A stretch of DNA of 64,000 bases from an uncultured delta proteobacterium (GCA_963808235.1 CAWEEQ010000004.1:1440001-1504000); one strand, 5' to 3'. Numbered from the stretch's first letter, positions 1 through 10,090 are shown. A program made the numbers and translations. Notes: generated by a model not told the origin, from the letters alone.

Positions 1-588
1 GAGCCCGTCCGAGAGCTTCATTATATTGGCTTTGTGAATCGCGGTGATCGACTTGCGCTTATGAAGGCGCGCATATTCGAACGCAAACTTCGCGATTCGC
101 TTCGACGCGCGCGCCGTGATCACCTTGATACTCTCGACGACTCCGGGCGCTACCTCGTGCTCGATTCCCGAGTAGAGGTCCTCGGTATTCTCGCGCACCA
201 CGATCAGGTTCACGTTGCGGAACGGCGTATGCACTCCCGCAAAGCTCATCGTCGGCCGGATATTGGCGTAGAGATCGAAGCTGCGGCGCAGATGCACGTT
301 GATCGAGCGCCATCCCTCTGCGACGCGCGTCTCGAGCGGCCCCTTAAGCGCAACTCGCGTGCGCCTTAGCGATTCGATAAGCGCGTCGGGGACCGGAGTG
401 CCAAAGCGCCTGAACGCCGAGGCGCCCGCTGCCTGCCGATCCCACTTTATTTCGACCCCGGTCGCCGCGATCACCGCGACCGCCGCACTCATGACCTCCG
501 GCCCGACGCCGTCGCCCGGGATCAGCGTGACCTCGCGATCTTGATGAGATTTGACCCGCCGCGGTTTGAGCGATGAAACAGGCACCAC
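1..588 (-). CDS. NAD-dependent isocitrate/isopropylmalate dehydrogenase family protein, 5' part (runs off window edge)
   Basis: Not in the ORF track; manual minus-strand translation gives EVTLIPGDGVGPEV...VALKGPLET...FDLYANIRP...VVRENTEDLYSGIEH...AIHKANIMKLSDGL. GTG start approximate. Confidence 0.9.
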   Translation of the reverse strand, partial: MVPVSSLKPRRVKSHQDREVTLIPGDGVGPEVMSAAVAVIAATGVEIKWDRQAAGASAFRRFGTPVPDALIESLRRTRVALKGPLETRVAEGWRSINVHLRRSFDLYANIRPTMSFAGVHTPFRNVNLIVVRENTEDLYSGIEHEVAPGVVESIKVITARASKRIAKFAFEYARLHKRKSITAIHKANIMKLSDGL

Positions 589-668
589 GGTAGATCGATC
601 AGTTCCCGATTTTTTCGTCACCCCAAGTGGTCTAAGAGATCGGCGGACGGCATTCAACGCCGCAAATA

Positions 669-710
669 GAAAAGCGAAGCCCGGCCGGTCGTTCAGACCG
701 CCGGGCTTCG
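669..710 (-). terminator. Rho-independent terminator after the 760-1347 gene
   Basis: Minus strand CGAAGCCCGGCGGTC-TGAAC-GACCGGCCGGGCTTCG followed by CTTTTCT. Confidence 0.7.
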
Positions 711-759
711 AGGCGTACGTTGTGTCGAGTCGCTTGACGGCGGCTCGGCACATCCCCCG

Positions 760-1347
760 CTACGGACAGGTCACGGTCAGGTTAAATGACTCGTCCGCCG
801 GCGTCCCTGCTGGGACATCGGTGAGGACATCATAGCTATCCCCAGCGGTAGTCTTCGTTGCGCTGGTGACGGTAATCTGGCCGAACGCGCCAACGATCGT
901 TGCCACTGCCGAGCACGCGGCTACATCCTTGCTGAAAGTGACCTGGCACGTACCGGTCCCGATATCGGTTGTTGATAGCACGCTGCTGCTGTGAGAACCG
1001 AGCGTACAGTCTGAAGTAACCACCGCAAAGTTGTTCTGCCCCTCCAGGTCGGCGACCTCGGTGGTCAGCGTGGCGACCTCGGTGGTCAACGTGGCGACCT
1101 CGCCTATCAGTGTGGCGACCTCGCCGTTGAGCGTTGCGACGGCGGCTTGCAGATCGGCTATAAGGACCTCATCCGCCTCGACGCGATCTTCCAGGCCCGG
1201 TAGCCCACCGGCCTGCGACTCTCCTCCTCCGCTGCCCCCGCCGGCGCCGCCGCCCTTACCTTTGCCATTGCCATTCCCCGCCCAAGCCGGCGAACTGAGT
1301 GCCGCCGCGAGCAGGATACACCCCGCGATTCTGATGCTCTGTTTCAT
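760..1347 (-). CDS. Secreted protein: signal peptide, Gly-rich linker, heptad coiled coil, Cys-containing beta C-terminal domain
   Basis: Signal peptide ending PAWA; VATLxxE repeats; GGAGG Shine-Dalgarno upstream; terminator downstream. Confidence 0.8.
   Translation of the reverse strand: MKQSIRIAGCILLAAALSSPAWAGNGNGKGKGGGAGGGSGGGESQAGGLPGLEDRVEADEVLIADLQAAVATLNGEVATLIGEVATLTTEVATLTTEVADLEGQNNFAVVTSDCTLGSHSSSVLSTTDIGTGTCQVTFSKDVAACSAVATIVGAFGQITVTSATKTTAGDSYDVLTDVPAGTPADESFNLTVTCP
1051..1140 (-). repeat. 21-nt coding tandem repeat (VATLxxE heptads)
   Basis: GGCGACCTCG recurs every 21 nt. Confidence 0.85.
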
Positions 1348-1601
1348 TGTTTCCCTCCAATAACTCCAGGACGGTCGCTAACGTACGTTTACTAAGATTG
1401 TATTAAAGAAAATCGCATCGACTCAAATGATCAAACCAGCGCCAGAACGTATATCTTGGTGTTTAGTAACGTTATGCGTGCCGGCGCGTGGGAAATTTGA
1501 ACCTTAACGCCGCAGATTGACCCAACCGGCGAGTTCCAGCGCAATGGTCTTCAGTAAATTGAGGTACCGCCGAGAACAAACTTGCCCGCGCCGAGCTGAT
1601 C

Positions 1602-2960
1602 TCAATAGTTCACCAACGCGATGAAAATGTCGCTGACATTCGTCCCGGTCGCGCCCGTAGTGAACAAGCCGCTGGTGGCTTTGAAGAAGTTGTAGGCGTC
1701 GTTGCGAGTCGCCGCCATCTCGGCGCTTAGCCTGGCGCGAACCCCGCGTTCGACAGATGCCGGCGACGCGAAGGCACCTGCGGCGTCGGTCGGCCCGTCG
1801 ATTCCGTCAGTGCCGGCAAATAGCGCCGCGATTCGCCGGCCGGGCGCAATCAGTGCGAGCTCGATACTCATCGCGAGTGCGCATTGCTGCGCACGGCCGC
1901 CGCGCCCGCCGCCGCGCACCGTCACCACCGGCTCGCCGCCGGCTATCACGCAGACGCGGTTGTCGGCGATCTCGCTCACATATTGGGCGAGCGCGCGGCC
2001 TGCGTCGTTCGCCTCGCCGTGCAACTCCTTCCCCCGATGCGGATGATAGCCAAGCGTCGCGGCGGCGCTCTCTGCGGCTTCCAGAGCCAGGCTGTTATCG
2101 CCGACGACTACATTGATCACACGTTCCAGGATCGGATCGTCTTTCTTCACCGTGTCTTCAAATTTGCCCGCGACTGCCCGCTCGAGGTATTCGCGGATCG
2201 ATTCCGGCGCGCGTCCCCAGATGGCGCGCCGTTTCAAGACCGCGACCGCGTCGGCAAAACTGCTCCAGTCCGCCGCCGTCAGACCCGAGCCGATAGTCGC
2301 GAGGTCGTTGCCCGGTACGTCCGAAAGCACCAGCCCCGCGACTCGCGCGCCGCCGCATCGATAGAGTAGGCGCCCTCCCTTCACCGCCGAAAGATGCTTC
2401 CGCACCACGTTCAGCTCACGAATCGACGCACCTGCCTTGAGCAGAACTTCATTGATTGCAATCTTGTCGGCGAGCGCGATCTGTTCGGCGGGCATCGTAA
2501 ACATCGCCGACGCGCCTCCGCTAAGCGCTACGATCACCAGGTCGCCAGGCGTAGCGGCGCGCACCATTTCGCACGCCGCCCGCGCGGCAGCCTCGGACGA
2601 GTCGTCGGGAATCGGATGCGCCGCTGGATATACGCGCACCTTGGACCGCGGCGCGATCGCGCCGGACGCAGTTCCCGACGATGGTTTCGGTACCACCGCG
2701 ATCGCATCGACGATCTTTTCGCCGAGTCGGCGCTCAATCTCTGCGGCCATCGCGGCCGCCGCCTTTCCGATCGCCAACAGAAAGACTCGCGCCGCGTTCG
2801 CGATCAGGGCGGGAATCTGCTCGGCGCCCTCGGCTTCACCGGCGATCGCGCGGCCGACCAGCCGCGCCGGATCGACCGCGTCGATCGCGGTGCGAAAGAT
2901 CTTTTCCAGGTCTGCCCGCGCCGCGGTTTCAGATTCCGGCGCTGTCTCCGATGAGGGCAT
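1602..2960 (-). CDS. Glycerate 2-kinase (GckA/TtuD, DUF4147 + MOFRL)
   Basis: GKAA, HPIPD, LSGGASA, RKHLSAVKGG, SDVPG, GTDGIDG and TGTNVSD motifs; ATG at 2960 just after the rpiA stop. Confidence 0.92.
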   Translation of the reverse strand: MPSSETAPESETAARADLEKIFRTAIDAVDPARLVGRAIAGEAEGAEQIPALIANAARVFLLAIGKAAAAMAAEIERRLGEKIVDAIAVVPKPSSGTASGAIAPRSKVRVYPAAHPIPDDSSEAAARAACEMVRAATPGDLVIVALSGGASAMFTMPAEQIALADKIAINEVLLKAGASIRELNVVRKHLSAVKGGRLLYRCGGARVAGLVLSDVPGNDLATIGSGLTAADWSSFADAVAVLKRRAIWGRAPESIREYLERAVAGKFEDTVKKDDPILERVINVVVGDNSLALEAAESAAATLGYHPHRGKELHGEANDAGRALAQYVSEIADNRVCVIAGGEPVVTVRGGGRGGRAQQCALAMSIELALIAPGRRIAALFAGTDGIDGPTDAAGAFASPASVERGVRARLSAEMAATRNDAYNFFKATSGLFTTGATGTNVSDIFIALVNY

Positions 2961-2964
2961 CGGA

Positions 2965-3645
2965 CTAACGCTTACGTTTGAGGACGACGATTTTTCCCGA
3001 CGCTTGCGCGACCAGGACCATATCCGCCATTCCGACGAACAGTCCGGTGCCCAGGACTCCAGGAATCGCAAGCAGCTCGCGATCGAGCCGCGCGGGATTA
3101 ACGATATTGCTGACGCCGCAGTCCAGAATCAGGTTGCCGTTGTCGGTGATGAACTGCTTGCCATCGTGCTCTCGAACCCGCGGGCGCAAGCCGAGCCTCT
3201 TGATCATTTTGGTTGCGAGCGGAAGTCCGAACGGGATCACTTCGACCGGCAGGGTCCGCCTACTACCCAATTTGCCCACCATCTTTTCCTCGCCGACCAG
3301 CACGATAAACCGGCGCGACGATGCGACTACAATTTTCTCCCTGACCAGCGCGCCGCCGTAACCTTTGATCAGGTTGAGGCGCGGATCGACTTCATCAGCG
3401 CCGTCAAAATCGATATCGAGCGTGCCCGCTTCCTCGAGCGTGACGATTGGAATGCCGCCGGCGCGGGCCAGCGTCTCGCTCGCGGCGGAAGTCGGCACGC
3501 CCCGCACTTTGATCTCGCTCGCTCCCAGAGCCCGAATGAACGCGCTCGCCGCGCGCCCGGTCCCAAGCCCAAGCGTGCGTCCCGGCTTGGCAAAGCGCAG
3601 CGCATATCGCCCCAGCGCTTCGAGCTGTTCGGGACTGGCGTCCAT
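2965..3645 (-). CDS. rpiA: Ribose-5-phosphate isomerase A
   Basis: GLGTG, DGADEVD, IKGYGGALVREK and TDNGN motifs. Confidence 0.95.
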   Translation of the reverse strand: MDASPEQLEALGRYALRFAKPGRTLGLGTGRAASAFIRALGASEIKVRGVPTSAASETLARAGGIPIVTLEEAGTLDIDFDGADEVDPRLNLIKGYGGALVREKIVVASSRRFIVLVGEEKMVGKLGSRRTLPVEVIPFGLPLATKMIKRLGLRPRVREHDGKQFITDNGNLILDCGVSNIVNPARLDRELLAIPGVLGTGLFVGMADMVLVAQASGKIVVLKRKR

Positions 3646-3851
3646 CAGGTCAGGTGCCGGTCGCGGCGCATTGCGGCGAGATCGCCTTCCCAGTGGAGTT
3701 TGCCGCGCGCCGAGCGAAGCAGCCTCTCTCGCTCGGCCAGACGCACTATCAGTTCGAGCCCGCGTCGGACCGCCTCGCTCTTGGTGCGAGCGCCCGACAC
3801 GCGCATCGCCCGTTTCATGAGCCGGTCGTCAATTTCGATCGTGGTGCGCAT
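3645..3851 (-). CDS. Type II TA VapB-family antitoxin (DUF2191-like), no adjacent toxin
   Basis: MRTTIEIDDRL...TKSEAVRRGL...LHWEGDLAAMR pattern typical of VapB RHH antitoxins. Confidence 0.85.
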   Translation of the reverse strand: MRTTIEIDDRLMKRAMRVSGARTKSEAVRRGLELIVRLAERERLLRSARGKLHWEGDLAAMRRDRHLT

Positions 3852-3872
3852 TGGACACTTTGTGCGTACTGG

Positions 3873-4508
3873 CTAGGGTTTGCCGTTGCGCAGCAGTTGC
3901 ATGAACTCGTGGCGCGTTTCGTGATTGGTGCGGAACACGCCCAGCATCGCCGAGGTCGTGACGTAGGAATTCTGCTTCTCGACCCCGCGCATCCGCATGC
4001 ACAGATGCTCGGCCTCGAGCACCACGGCGACGCCCAGCGGATCGATCTCCTCCATCAGGGTCTGCGCGATCTGCGTGGTCAGCCGCTCCTGCACCTGGAG
4101 CCGGCGCGCGTATATTTCGACCATCCTCGCGAGCTTCGAGATTCCGACGATTTTGCGATTGGGCAGGTATGCAACGTGCGCCTTGCCCATAAACGGCAAC
4201 AGGTGATGCTCGCACAGCGAATAGAAATCCAAATCCTTGCACAGGATCATTTCCTGATAATCCTGTTCGCTGAACAGCGCGCCGTTGATTGCGGTCTTGG
4301 GATCTTTCGCGTAGCCGCTGGTCAGAAACTCGTATGCCTTCGCGACCCGCACGGGCGTTCGCTTAAGGCCGTCGCGATCCGGATCCTCGCCCATATGGCG
4401 CAGGATCACGCGGACCGCATCTTCGAGACTGTCCGTATCCTTATCCGGATACGGCTTATTATTTACGCCACGTTTGGACCGTGCCCCGTTCGAATCAGTA
4501 CGGTTCAT
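3873..4508 (-). CDS. folE: GTP cyclohydrolase I
   Basis: [34 protein letters not shown] and HLCMRMRGV motifs; ATGA overlap with the metF stop. Confidence 0.96.
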   Translation of the reverse strand: MNRTDSNGARSKRGVNNKPYPDKDTDSLEDAVRVILRHMGEDPDRDGLKRTPVRVAKAYEFLTSGYAKDPKTAINGALFSEQDYQEMILCKDLDFYSLCEHHLLPFMGKAHVAYLPNRKIVGISKLARMVEIYARRLQVQERLTTQIAQTLMEEIDPLGVAVVLEAEHLCMRMRGVEKQNSYVTTSAMLGVFRTNHETRHEFMQLLRNGKP

Positions 4509-5407
4509 GCGCCGCTCTCCTTGCGCCATTGGCTGAATTGAATCGCCAGCTCGATCGCCAGCGACGGGCCGCCGCCGCTCATGATGTTAAATCCGGCCAC
4601 CTCGCGAGCCAACGATTTCATCAGCGCCATATTCTCGCGGATTGAAACCGCGCGCACCTGTTCTTCGCTCATTCCGCCGTATCTGTCGAGATGCGGTCGC
4701 GCGCCGCTCAAGTCCTTTACCCGGTCGATCAGGTAGTTCGCCATCGCCTCACGCTTGACCGGCAAAATTCCGAGCATCGTCTTGATTCCCAATTCGTTGG
4801 CGCGCGCGATAAAAGAGCGGGCGGTTTCGGCGTCGAAGACCGGCTGCGTGATCACGAAGCGCGCGCCGGCGCCGGCTTTGCGCTTGAGCAGCTCGAACTC
4901 GCGCTCGATATTTTTCCGATTTGGATTTGCGACCGCACCCGCGACCAGCGCCGGCAGCATCTTGAGCGCCGGCTTGCCTTCGCCGGTGTCGCCGCGATTC
5001 AAGTCGGCGATCATCGCGAGCAATCCGTACGCGTCGATATCATGCGAGACGATCACGCTGCCGTCGGCGCCGGGCGGAATCTTGTCGCCGTGCAGCGCGA
5101 CCACCGCGTCGATTCCGAGCGCGGCCGCGCCCAGCAAATCGGACTTCAACGCGAAACGGTTGCGGTCGCGGCACGATACGTTCAGCACCACCGGCAGCTT
5201 CAGGCGCTCCTTGATACTCGCGCCGAAGACCAGCGCCGACATCTTTATTTTGCCGAGGGCGTTGTCGGTAAGATTTATCGCGTCGACGTGTCCGACCAGC
5301 GCAGCCAGCTTCTTCAGCAGTGGCGCCGGATTGATTCCGCGAGGCGGCGAGACTTCGAGCCACAGCGCCGGCGCGTCCGCGTTCAGGCTGTCGAGAATTG
5401 GCGGCAA
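4505..5407 (-). CDS. metF: Methylenetetrahydrofolate reductase
   Basis: EVSPP, DAINLTD, CRDRN, LHGD and [16 protein letters not shown] motifs. Confidence 0.88.
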   Translation of the reverse strand: MPPILDSLNADAPALWLEVSPPRGINPAPLLKKLAALVGHVDAINLTDNALGKIKMSALVFGASIKERLKLPVVLNVSCRDRNRFALKSDLLGAAALGIDAVVALHGDKIPPGADGSVIVSHDIDAYGLLAMIADLNRGDTGEGKPALKMLPALVAGAVANPNRKNIEREFELLKRKAGAGARFVITQPVFDAETARSFIARANELGIKTMLGILPVKREAMANYLIDRVKDLSGARPHLDRYGGMSEEQVRAVSIRENMALMKSLAREVAGFNIMSGGGPSLAIELAIQFSQWRKESGA

Positions 5408-5446
5408 CGGATTTCTCCGCGGGGGGTTCGCGACTCGGCCGGAACC

Positions 5447-6481
5447 TTACGCCTGGCGGCGCTCGGTTGCTTTGACCTTCTGATATTTGCGGTAGTCGTA
5501 GCCGGTCGCCATCGCCATCAAGAGCGGCTCCATCCCGCCCTCGCGCTCGCGGCGGAGCACGCGCAGGCGATCGAAGAACTCGCGGAAGTCCTTGTCCACG
5601 CGGCGTTTGCCGTCCATCGGCTGGAGAAAAAAATCGTGCAGACGGGTCACCGTGAAACGCAACGAGGAAAATCGAAGTTCATTCGGGAACGCGTCCCACT
5701 CGGCCAGCGACAGCGTGCGCACCGATTCGTACCCCGAGAGCAGGTAGCGGAACCGATCGAGCGAGTACGCGCCATCGACGAAGCACAACGCGTTGACCGC
5801 GGTCGCGATATCGAAAATAAACTTGCCGCGGCATGCGGCGTCGAAATCGAGCATCGCGGTAAGCTTCTCGCCGCGAAAAAGCAGATTGTCGGCGAAGATA
5901 TCGCCGTGGATCACGCCCTTGGGCAGCTTGCCTTCCAGATAACGGGTCAGGTACTCGACCTCGTCGTCGAGCGTCCGGCAAATCTTGCGGAAATAGTTCG
6001 GCAGCCGCGAGCGCACGCTCAGGTAGAGATCCGCGATTCGCTCGAAGCTGAAGCGGTTGTCGATTCCCTTCTTGTACGCCTTGCCGATCACGTGCAGATC
6101 GCCGAGCGAGCGTCCGATGGTTTCGAGCTGGCTCGGCTTAAGGCGCGCCGGAAGCAGCACCTTGCCTTCCTGGTACTTGAACAGCGACACGCATCGATTG
6201 TTGGAATTGCGGTAAAAGCGGCCCATCCGATCCTGCATTGGATGCGGGCATGGAAAGCCGTGCTTGCGCAGAAACGACAGCAAATCGATCTCGCGCTTGA
6301 GCTCGTTCTCGCCTTTGACTTCGTCCACTCGGAGCAGGAACTTGCCCTTGGCGGTTTCAAGCACGTAGTTGGTGTTGACCGATCCCTCCGGGATGCCGGC
6401 GGCGCTGCTGACTCGGCCGAGACCATAGTCGTCGGCCAGTTCCTTGAGGAAGGGTTTGCTCAGCTCGGTGTATACGGCCAT
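5447..6481 (-). CDS. thrB: Homoserine kinase type II (APH-like)
   Basis: MAVYT start, GSVNTNY, LPKGVIHGDIFADNLLF, LDFD and RFTVTRLHD motifs. Confidence 0.9.
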   Translation of the reverse strand: MAVYTELSKPFLKELADDYGLGRVSSAAGIPEGSVNTNYVLETAKGKFLLRVDEVKGENELKREIDLLSFLRKHGFPCPHPMQDRMGRFYRNSNNRCVSLFKYQEGKVLLPARLKPSQLETIGRSLGDLHVIGKAYKKGIDNRFSFERIADLYLSVRSRLPNYFRKICRTLDDEVEYLTRYLEGKLPKGVIHGDIFADNLLFRGEKLTAMLDFDAACRGKFIFDIATAVNALCFVDGAYSLDRFRYLLSGYESVRTLSLAEWDAFPNELRFSSLRFTVTRLHDFFLQPMDGKRRVDKDFREFFDRLRVLRREREGGMEPLLMAMATGYDYRKYQKVKATERRQA

Positions 6482-6678
6482 TGGTGGGTGCAATCGGTCG
6501 GAAAACTGTCAGCGCGGACCAAGTCTAAGGTGTGATTGGCAGCGCGTCAACTAGGGGTCATGAAACCCTTGCTGGACAAGGGTTTGCGGAGGTCCGCCCC
6601 CGCACCAAATACGCGAGCGGCTCCGTTGTCCACGTCGGGTATTTGCCACAGACGACCAGCGCGACTAAATGAATCGCT

Positions 6679-7242
6679 ATGCCAAAATCGAAGAAGACTG
6701 CTCCCAAGGTATCGAAAAAACCTGAAAGCAAATCCTCGCCTCGAATCTCCGCCAAGGCCGCGAAGGGATCGAGCGCGACACTCGAAGGAAAGAAAGCGCC
6801 CGCATTTCAGTTGGCCGACGCAAGCGGCAACACCGTCGCGCTGAAAGATCTCCTCGGTGCCAACAACCTCGTTCTCTACTTCTACCCCAAGGACATGACC
6901 CCCGGATGCACGATCGAAGCGTGCAGCTTTCGCGATCACAACGGCCGGATCGCCGCGCTCGGCGCAACAGTCGTCGGCGTGAGCGCGGATTCGAGCGCCT
7001 CGCACACCAAATTCACCGACAAGCACGGACTCAACTTCCCGCTGCTCGCCGATCCCGAGCACAAGGTCACCGGCCTCTACGGCGTTTACAAAATGAAGTC
7101 GCTCTACGGACGCCAGTTCATGGGAATCGAGCGGACCACCTTCGTGATCGACAAATCGGGAATCGTGCGTCGCGTCTTTGCGAAGGTGAAAGTGAACGGT
7201 CACACCGACGAAGTGATCGAGGCGCTAAAAGCGATCGGATAA
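6679..7242 (+). CDS. bcp: Peroxiredoxin Bcp/PrxQ with Lys-rich N-terminal extension
   Basis: YFYPKDMTPGCTIEAC and ERTTFVID motifs. Confidence 0.93.
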   Translation: MPKSKKTAPKVSKKPESKSSPRISAKAAKGSSATLEGKKAPAFQLADASGNTVALKDLLGANNLVLYFYPKDMTPGCTIEACSFRDHNGRIAALGATVVGVSADSSASHTKFTDKHGLNFPLLADPEHKVTGLYGVYKMKSLYGRQFMGIERTTFVIDKSGIVRRVFAKVKVNGHTDEVIEALKAIG

Positions 7243-7251
7243 AATAAAGAT

Positions 7252-7290
7252 TGGGGCCGATGGATTTTTCCACCGGCCCCATTTTTCATT
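7252..7290. terminator. Probable bidirectional terminator between convergent bcp and phosphoesterase genes
   Basis: TGGGGCCG...CGGCCCCA stem with an A-rich tract before and a T tract after. Confidence 0.7.
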
Positions 7291-7313
7291 CCGCCAGCTT
7301 CCTTGGCCGACGA

Positions 7314-8903
7314 TCAGGGAAACGGACAATTATGTTCGCCCACCACCGGCGCTGGCGCCGTCGAGATAGTCGCGTTGAGCGACGGCGAGCCGTTGAAGTC
7401 GAACATGTCCTGCAGCCGATTCGCGTTCTGGTCGCGGAGCGTAAGATGCGCCCCCTCGGGCAGGAAGCGTTGCTCGATAAATGCCAGCATCGAGGTGTGA
7501 TCGCCCACCGTATGCGAGACGTAATGCGGCTTCGCAAACGGCGAGATCACGATGAACGGCACGCGGAATCCGAGTTGGTTGAAATTCGCGCACTCCGCCG
7601 GATACGGCGCGGTCTCCTCGGTGAAGGTCGCGCAGATCGCCGCCACATCGCTCTCGCTGAATTCGCACTCCGCGCCGCCGCCCGGCATCAGGCTCGCCGG
7701 CGGGTTGGAATTGTCTTCGCATAGACCCGGATCGATACCGTCAGGATTGAGCGCTCCGCCTTGCGCGGCCGCTGGCGGCGCCACGTGATCATAGAATCCG
7801 CCGTGCTCATCGTAGGTCAGGAAGATAACCGTGTCTTTCCAGTTCGGGCTGTTGCGTACGGCGTTGATGATTTCTGAGGTGACGAATTCGCCGGCACGGA
7901 TGTCGAACGGCGGATGCTCGTCGGTCTCATAGATCGTGCCATTTATATTTTGATCGGGCGCAAAAGACGGATCGACGAACGACACCGGAGGCAGAGTCCC
8001 GGCGGCCGCGGCAGCCATGAAACTCTGCCCGCCGAAGGGACTAGTGCCAAATACCGAGCGCGCATGCGCCACCAGGAATGGAACGTGGTTGCCGCGGAAA
8101 ATTACCGAAGTCGGCAGATCCTCGAAATAGTTGAACCACTGGATATTGGACGCATCGAGCAGATCGAAGATCGACCCGGTGACCGGCTGGTAGCCGATAC
8201 TGGTGTTGAGCGGTGCCGGGTTCAAAGGGTTGATGCCCGGCGGAAAGATCTCGTTGGTCGTCACATGGCCGAACGAGGTCGCCGCCATTTCATACGACCG
8301 ATTCGGAAAAGTCGGCCCGACCACCGAGCAGAAGTAGCGATCGTCGATCGCGAAGGTCTGCGCCAACTGGTAGTAGAACGGCAGATCGTCCTGCGTGTAG
8401 AAGCCCATGGTATCGTCGTCGGTCGCCGACTCGAGCGCGTCGATCTGCTCGGTCAGGTCATTGACCAGCACGAAGCCGTTGTTGAGCGTCGTCGCCAGCG
8501 CGGCGGCCGGATTCGAAAAGTTGGCTTCGCCATGGGCGCCCTGCCAGTCGTGCTGCAGGTCCGGGCCCGGACAGTAGTTTGAATCGTGGAACGAATTGAC
8601 GGTGCTGCCGTCGTCGTCGAGGTTCGAGTTGCTGCAGGTCAGGTTGCCCGACATGTCGAAAGTGCAGCTAAGACCGTCGACGCAAGCGTGATCGCTGTTT
8701 TTGCAGGCGCCTGCGTGGTACGGGCTGCCGGGCGCGTAAGGCAACACACCCAGATAATTGTCGAACGAATGGTTCTCCTGCATGATGATGATTACGTGAT
8801 TGACCTTGTGGACGTCGCCCTCCGCGCGCGCGGTCGCGACCCACGCCCCAACTGTGACGAGCGAGCAGATCAAGCTCGCCGCTGCAATCTCCCTGTAACG
8901 CAT
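7314..8903 (-). CDS. Secreted phospholipase C / acid phosphatase (phosphoesterase family)
   Basis: Signal peptide; MQENHSFDNY, GPTFPNR, DEHPP, YDEHGGFYDHV and GFRVP motifs. Confidence 0.93.
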   Translation of the reverse strand: MRYREIAAASLICSLVTVGAWVATARAEGDVHKVNHVIIIMQENHSFDNYLGVLPYAPGSPYHAGACKNSDHACVDGLSCTFDMSGNLTCSNSNLDDDGSTVNSFHDSNYCPGPDLQHDWQGAHGEANFSNPAAALATTLNNGFVLVNDLTEQIDALESATDDDTMGFYTQDDLPFYYQLAQTFAIDDRYFCSVVGPTFPNRSYEMAATSFGHVTTNEIFPPGINPLNPAPLNTSIGYQPVTGSIFDLLDASNIQWFNYFEDLPTSVIFRGNHVPFLVAHARSVFGTSPFGGQSFMAAAAAGTLPPVSFVDPSFAPDQNINGTIYETDEHPPFDIRAGEFVTSEIINAVRNSPNWKDTVIFLTYDEHGGFYDHVAPPAAAQGGALNPDGIDPGLCEDNSNPPASLMPGGGAECEFSESDVAAICATFTEETAPYPAECANFNQLGFRVPFIVISPFAKPHYVSHTVGDHTSMLAFIEQRFLPEGAHLTLRDQNANRLQDMFDFNGSPSLNATISTAPAPVVGEHNCPFP

Positions 8904-9262
8904 TCGATTTCCTCCCGAACGCGGGGTGGGTTGCTTTGGCGCGCGTTAACCCCGAAACTGCGCGCGCCAAAGTAAAAAAGTAAATGGCTGCGTACGTAGC
9001 CTTCTATTATGAAATCGCCGTAAGCCGTTCGACGCAATATTAAATCTTGACTATGAGCGACAGCGTCGCGTCCTGACTGATTTCATTGTCATTACGCACG
9101 CTACGGCACGGCAGCAGCGGTCGTTTCGTGGGCGGCGACTCGCAGACTTTCTACACGGGTTCTCTTTACGCCGCGCAGCGAGTCTCGCAGTTCTGCGAAA
9201 TTCTGATGGATCATTGTTTGCTTCCTTGATCGCCAGGTCGTGCACGTCACGGAGGTGATCAC

Positions 9263-10090
9263 ATGCGCTTTTTTCACATCCGCTTTTTTCACGTAAATGA
9301 CATCCGGCCCGCAGCACGAATTTCCATTTATCTAGCGCTGGCGATGGTATTCGTCGCATGCGCCAAGGTTTCACTGACTCCCCGACCCGCGGAGGTTGCC
9401 AACCCGGTCGCTGTCTCTGACGCCCTCGACACGGCGCAAACTCCTCCGGTGCAGGTTGCGGTTCGCGATTTCGATTTCGCGCCGTCGTCGGTGCACGAAA
9501 ATGGCAGCCCGCTTCATCGGGGAATCGATCTGTTCCGACGTAGCTCAGCAGAGCAGCGTCGCGTCGCGATCGGTCGCGATGTATCCGCGAACCTTTCGGC
9601 CCACGCCGCGAAAGACCTCGCCAGGATGGGTCTACCGGCGGTGCGAATCCCGCACGACAGCGATATGCCCTTGTACGACAACACGCTCCTCGTCACCGGC
9701 CGTCTGAGCCACGTCGATGAAGGCAATCGCTTCACCCGCATCGCAGTTGGTCTTGGCGCCGGAGAGTCGAGCCTCGTGACTGAGGTCCATGTGTATCGCG
9801 TGATGCGTGGGGAGCGCGCCGAAGTGCTCTCCTTCACCACCTACGCCGACAGCGGAAGGATGCCGGGGCTCTTACCCGCGATGGGAGTTGGGGAGTTCGT
9901 GGTGGGACCGGTCACCTTGATCACCGCGGTTGAGGATGCGGCGTCGAGCGGACAGAAGATCTACGCGTCGCAGATCGAATACCTGGCCGGCAAGAGCGCC
10001 GATCAGGTGGCTGACTATCTCTCCCAATACTCCGCCGATGAAGGTTGGATTCCTCGAAGTAAAGCGAAATCGGTCAAATTGGCTGGCTGA
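9263..10090 (+). CDS. DUF4410-like lipoprotein
   Basis: Lipobox FVAC; VDEGNRFTRIAVGLGAG and SGRMPG motifs; strong SD GGAGGTGATC. Confidence 0.75.
   Translation: MRFFHIRFFHVNDIRPAARISIYLALAMVFVACAKVSLTPRPAEVANPVAVSDALDTAQTPPVQVAVRDFDFAPSSVHENGSPLHRGIDLFRRSSAEQRRVAIGRDVSANLSAHAAKDLARMGLPAVRIPHDSDMPLYDNTLLVTGRLSHVDEGNRFTRIAVGLGAGESSLVTEVHVYRVMRGERAEVLSFTTYADSGRMPGLLPAMGVGEFVVGPVTLITAVEDAASSGQKIYASQIEYLAGKSADQVADYLSQYSADEGWIPRSKAKSVKLAG

Noticed and set aside
1348-1601. Riboswitch or ncRNA in this AT-rich intergenic region (also 8904-9262 and 44270-44529)
   Set aside because: No recognisable consensus or convincing stems by eye; an Rfam scan would be needed
4691-6535. 614-aa plus-strand ORF, and similar long ORFs at 2437-3876, 57286-58812 and 62705-63934
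   Set aside because: Antisense or alternate-frame shadows of well-supported genes in GC-rich DNA, with no motifs
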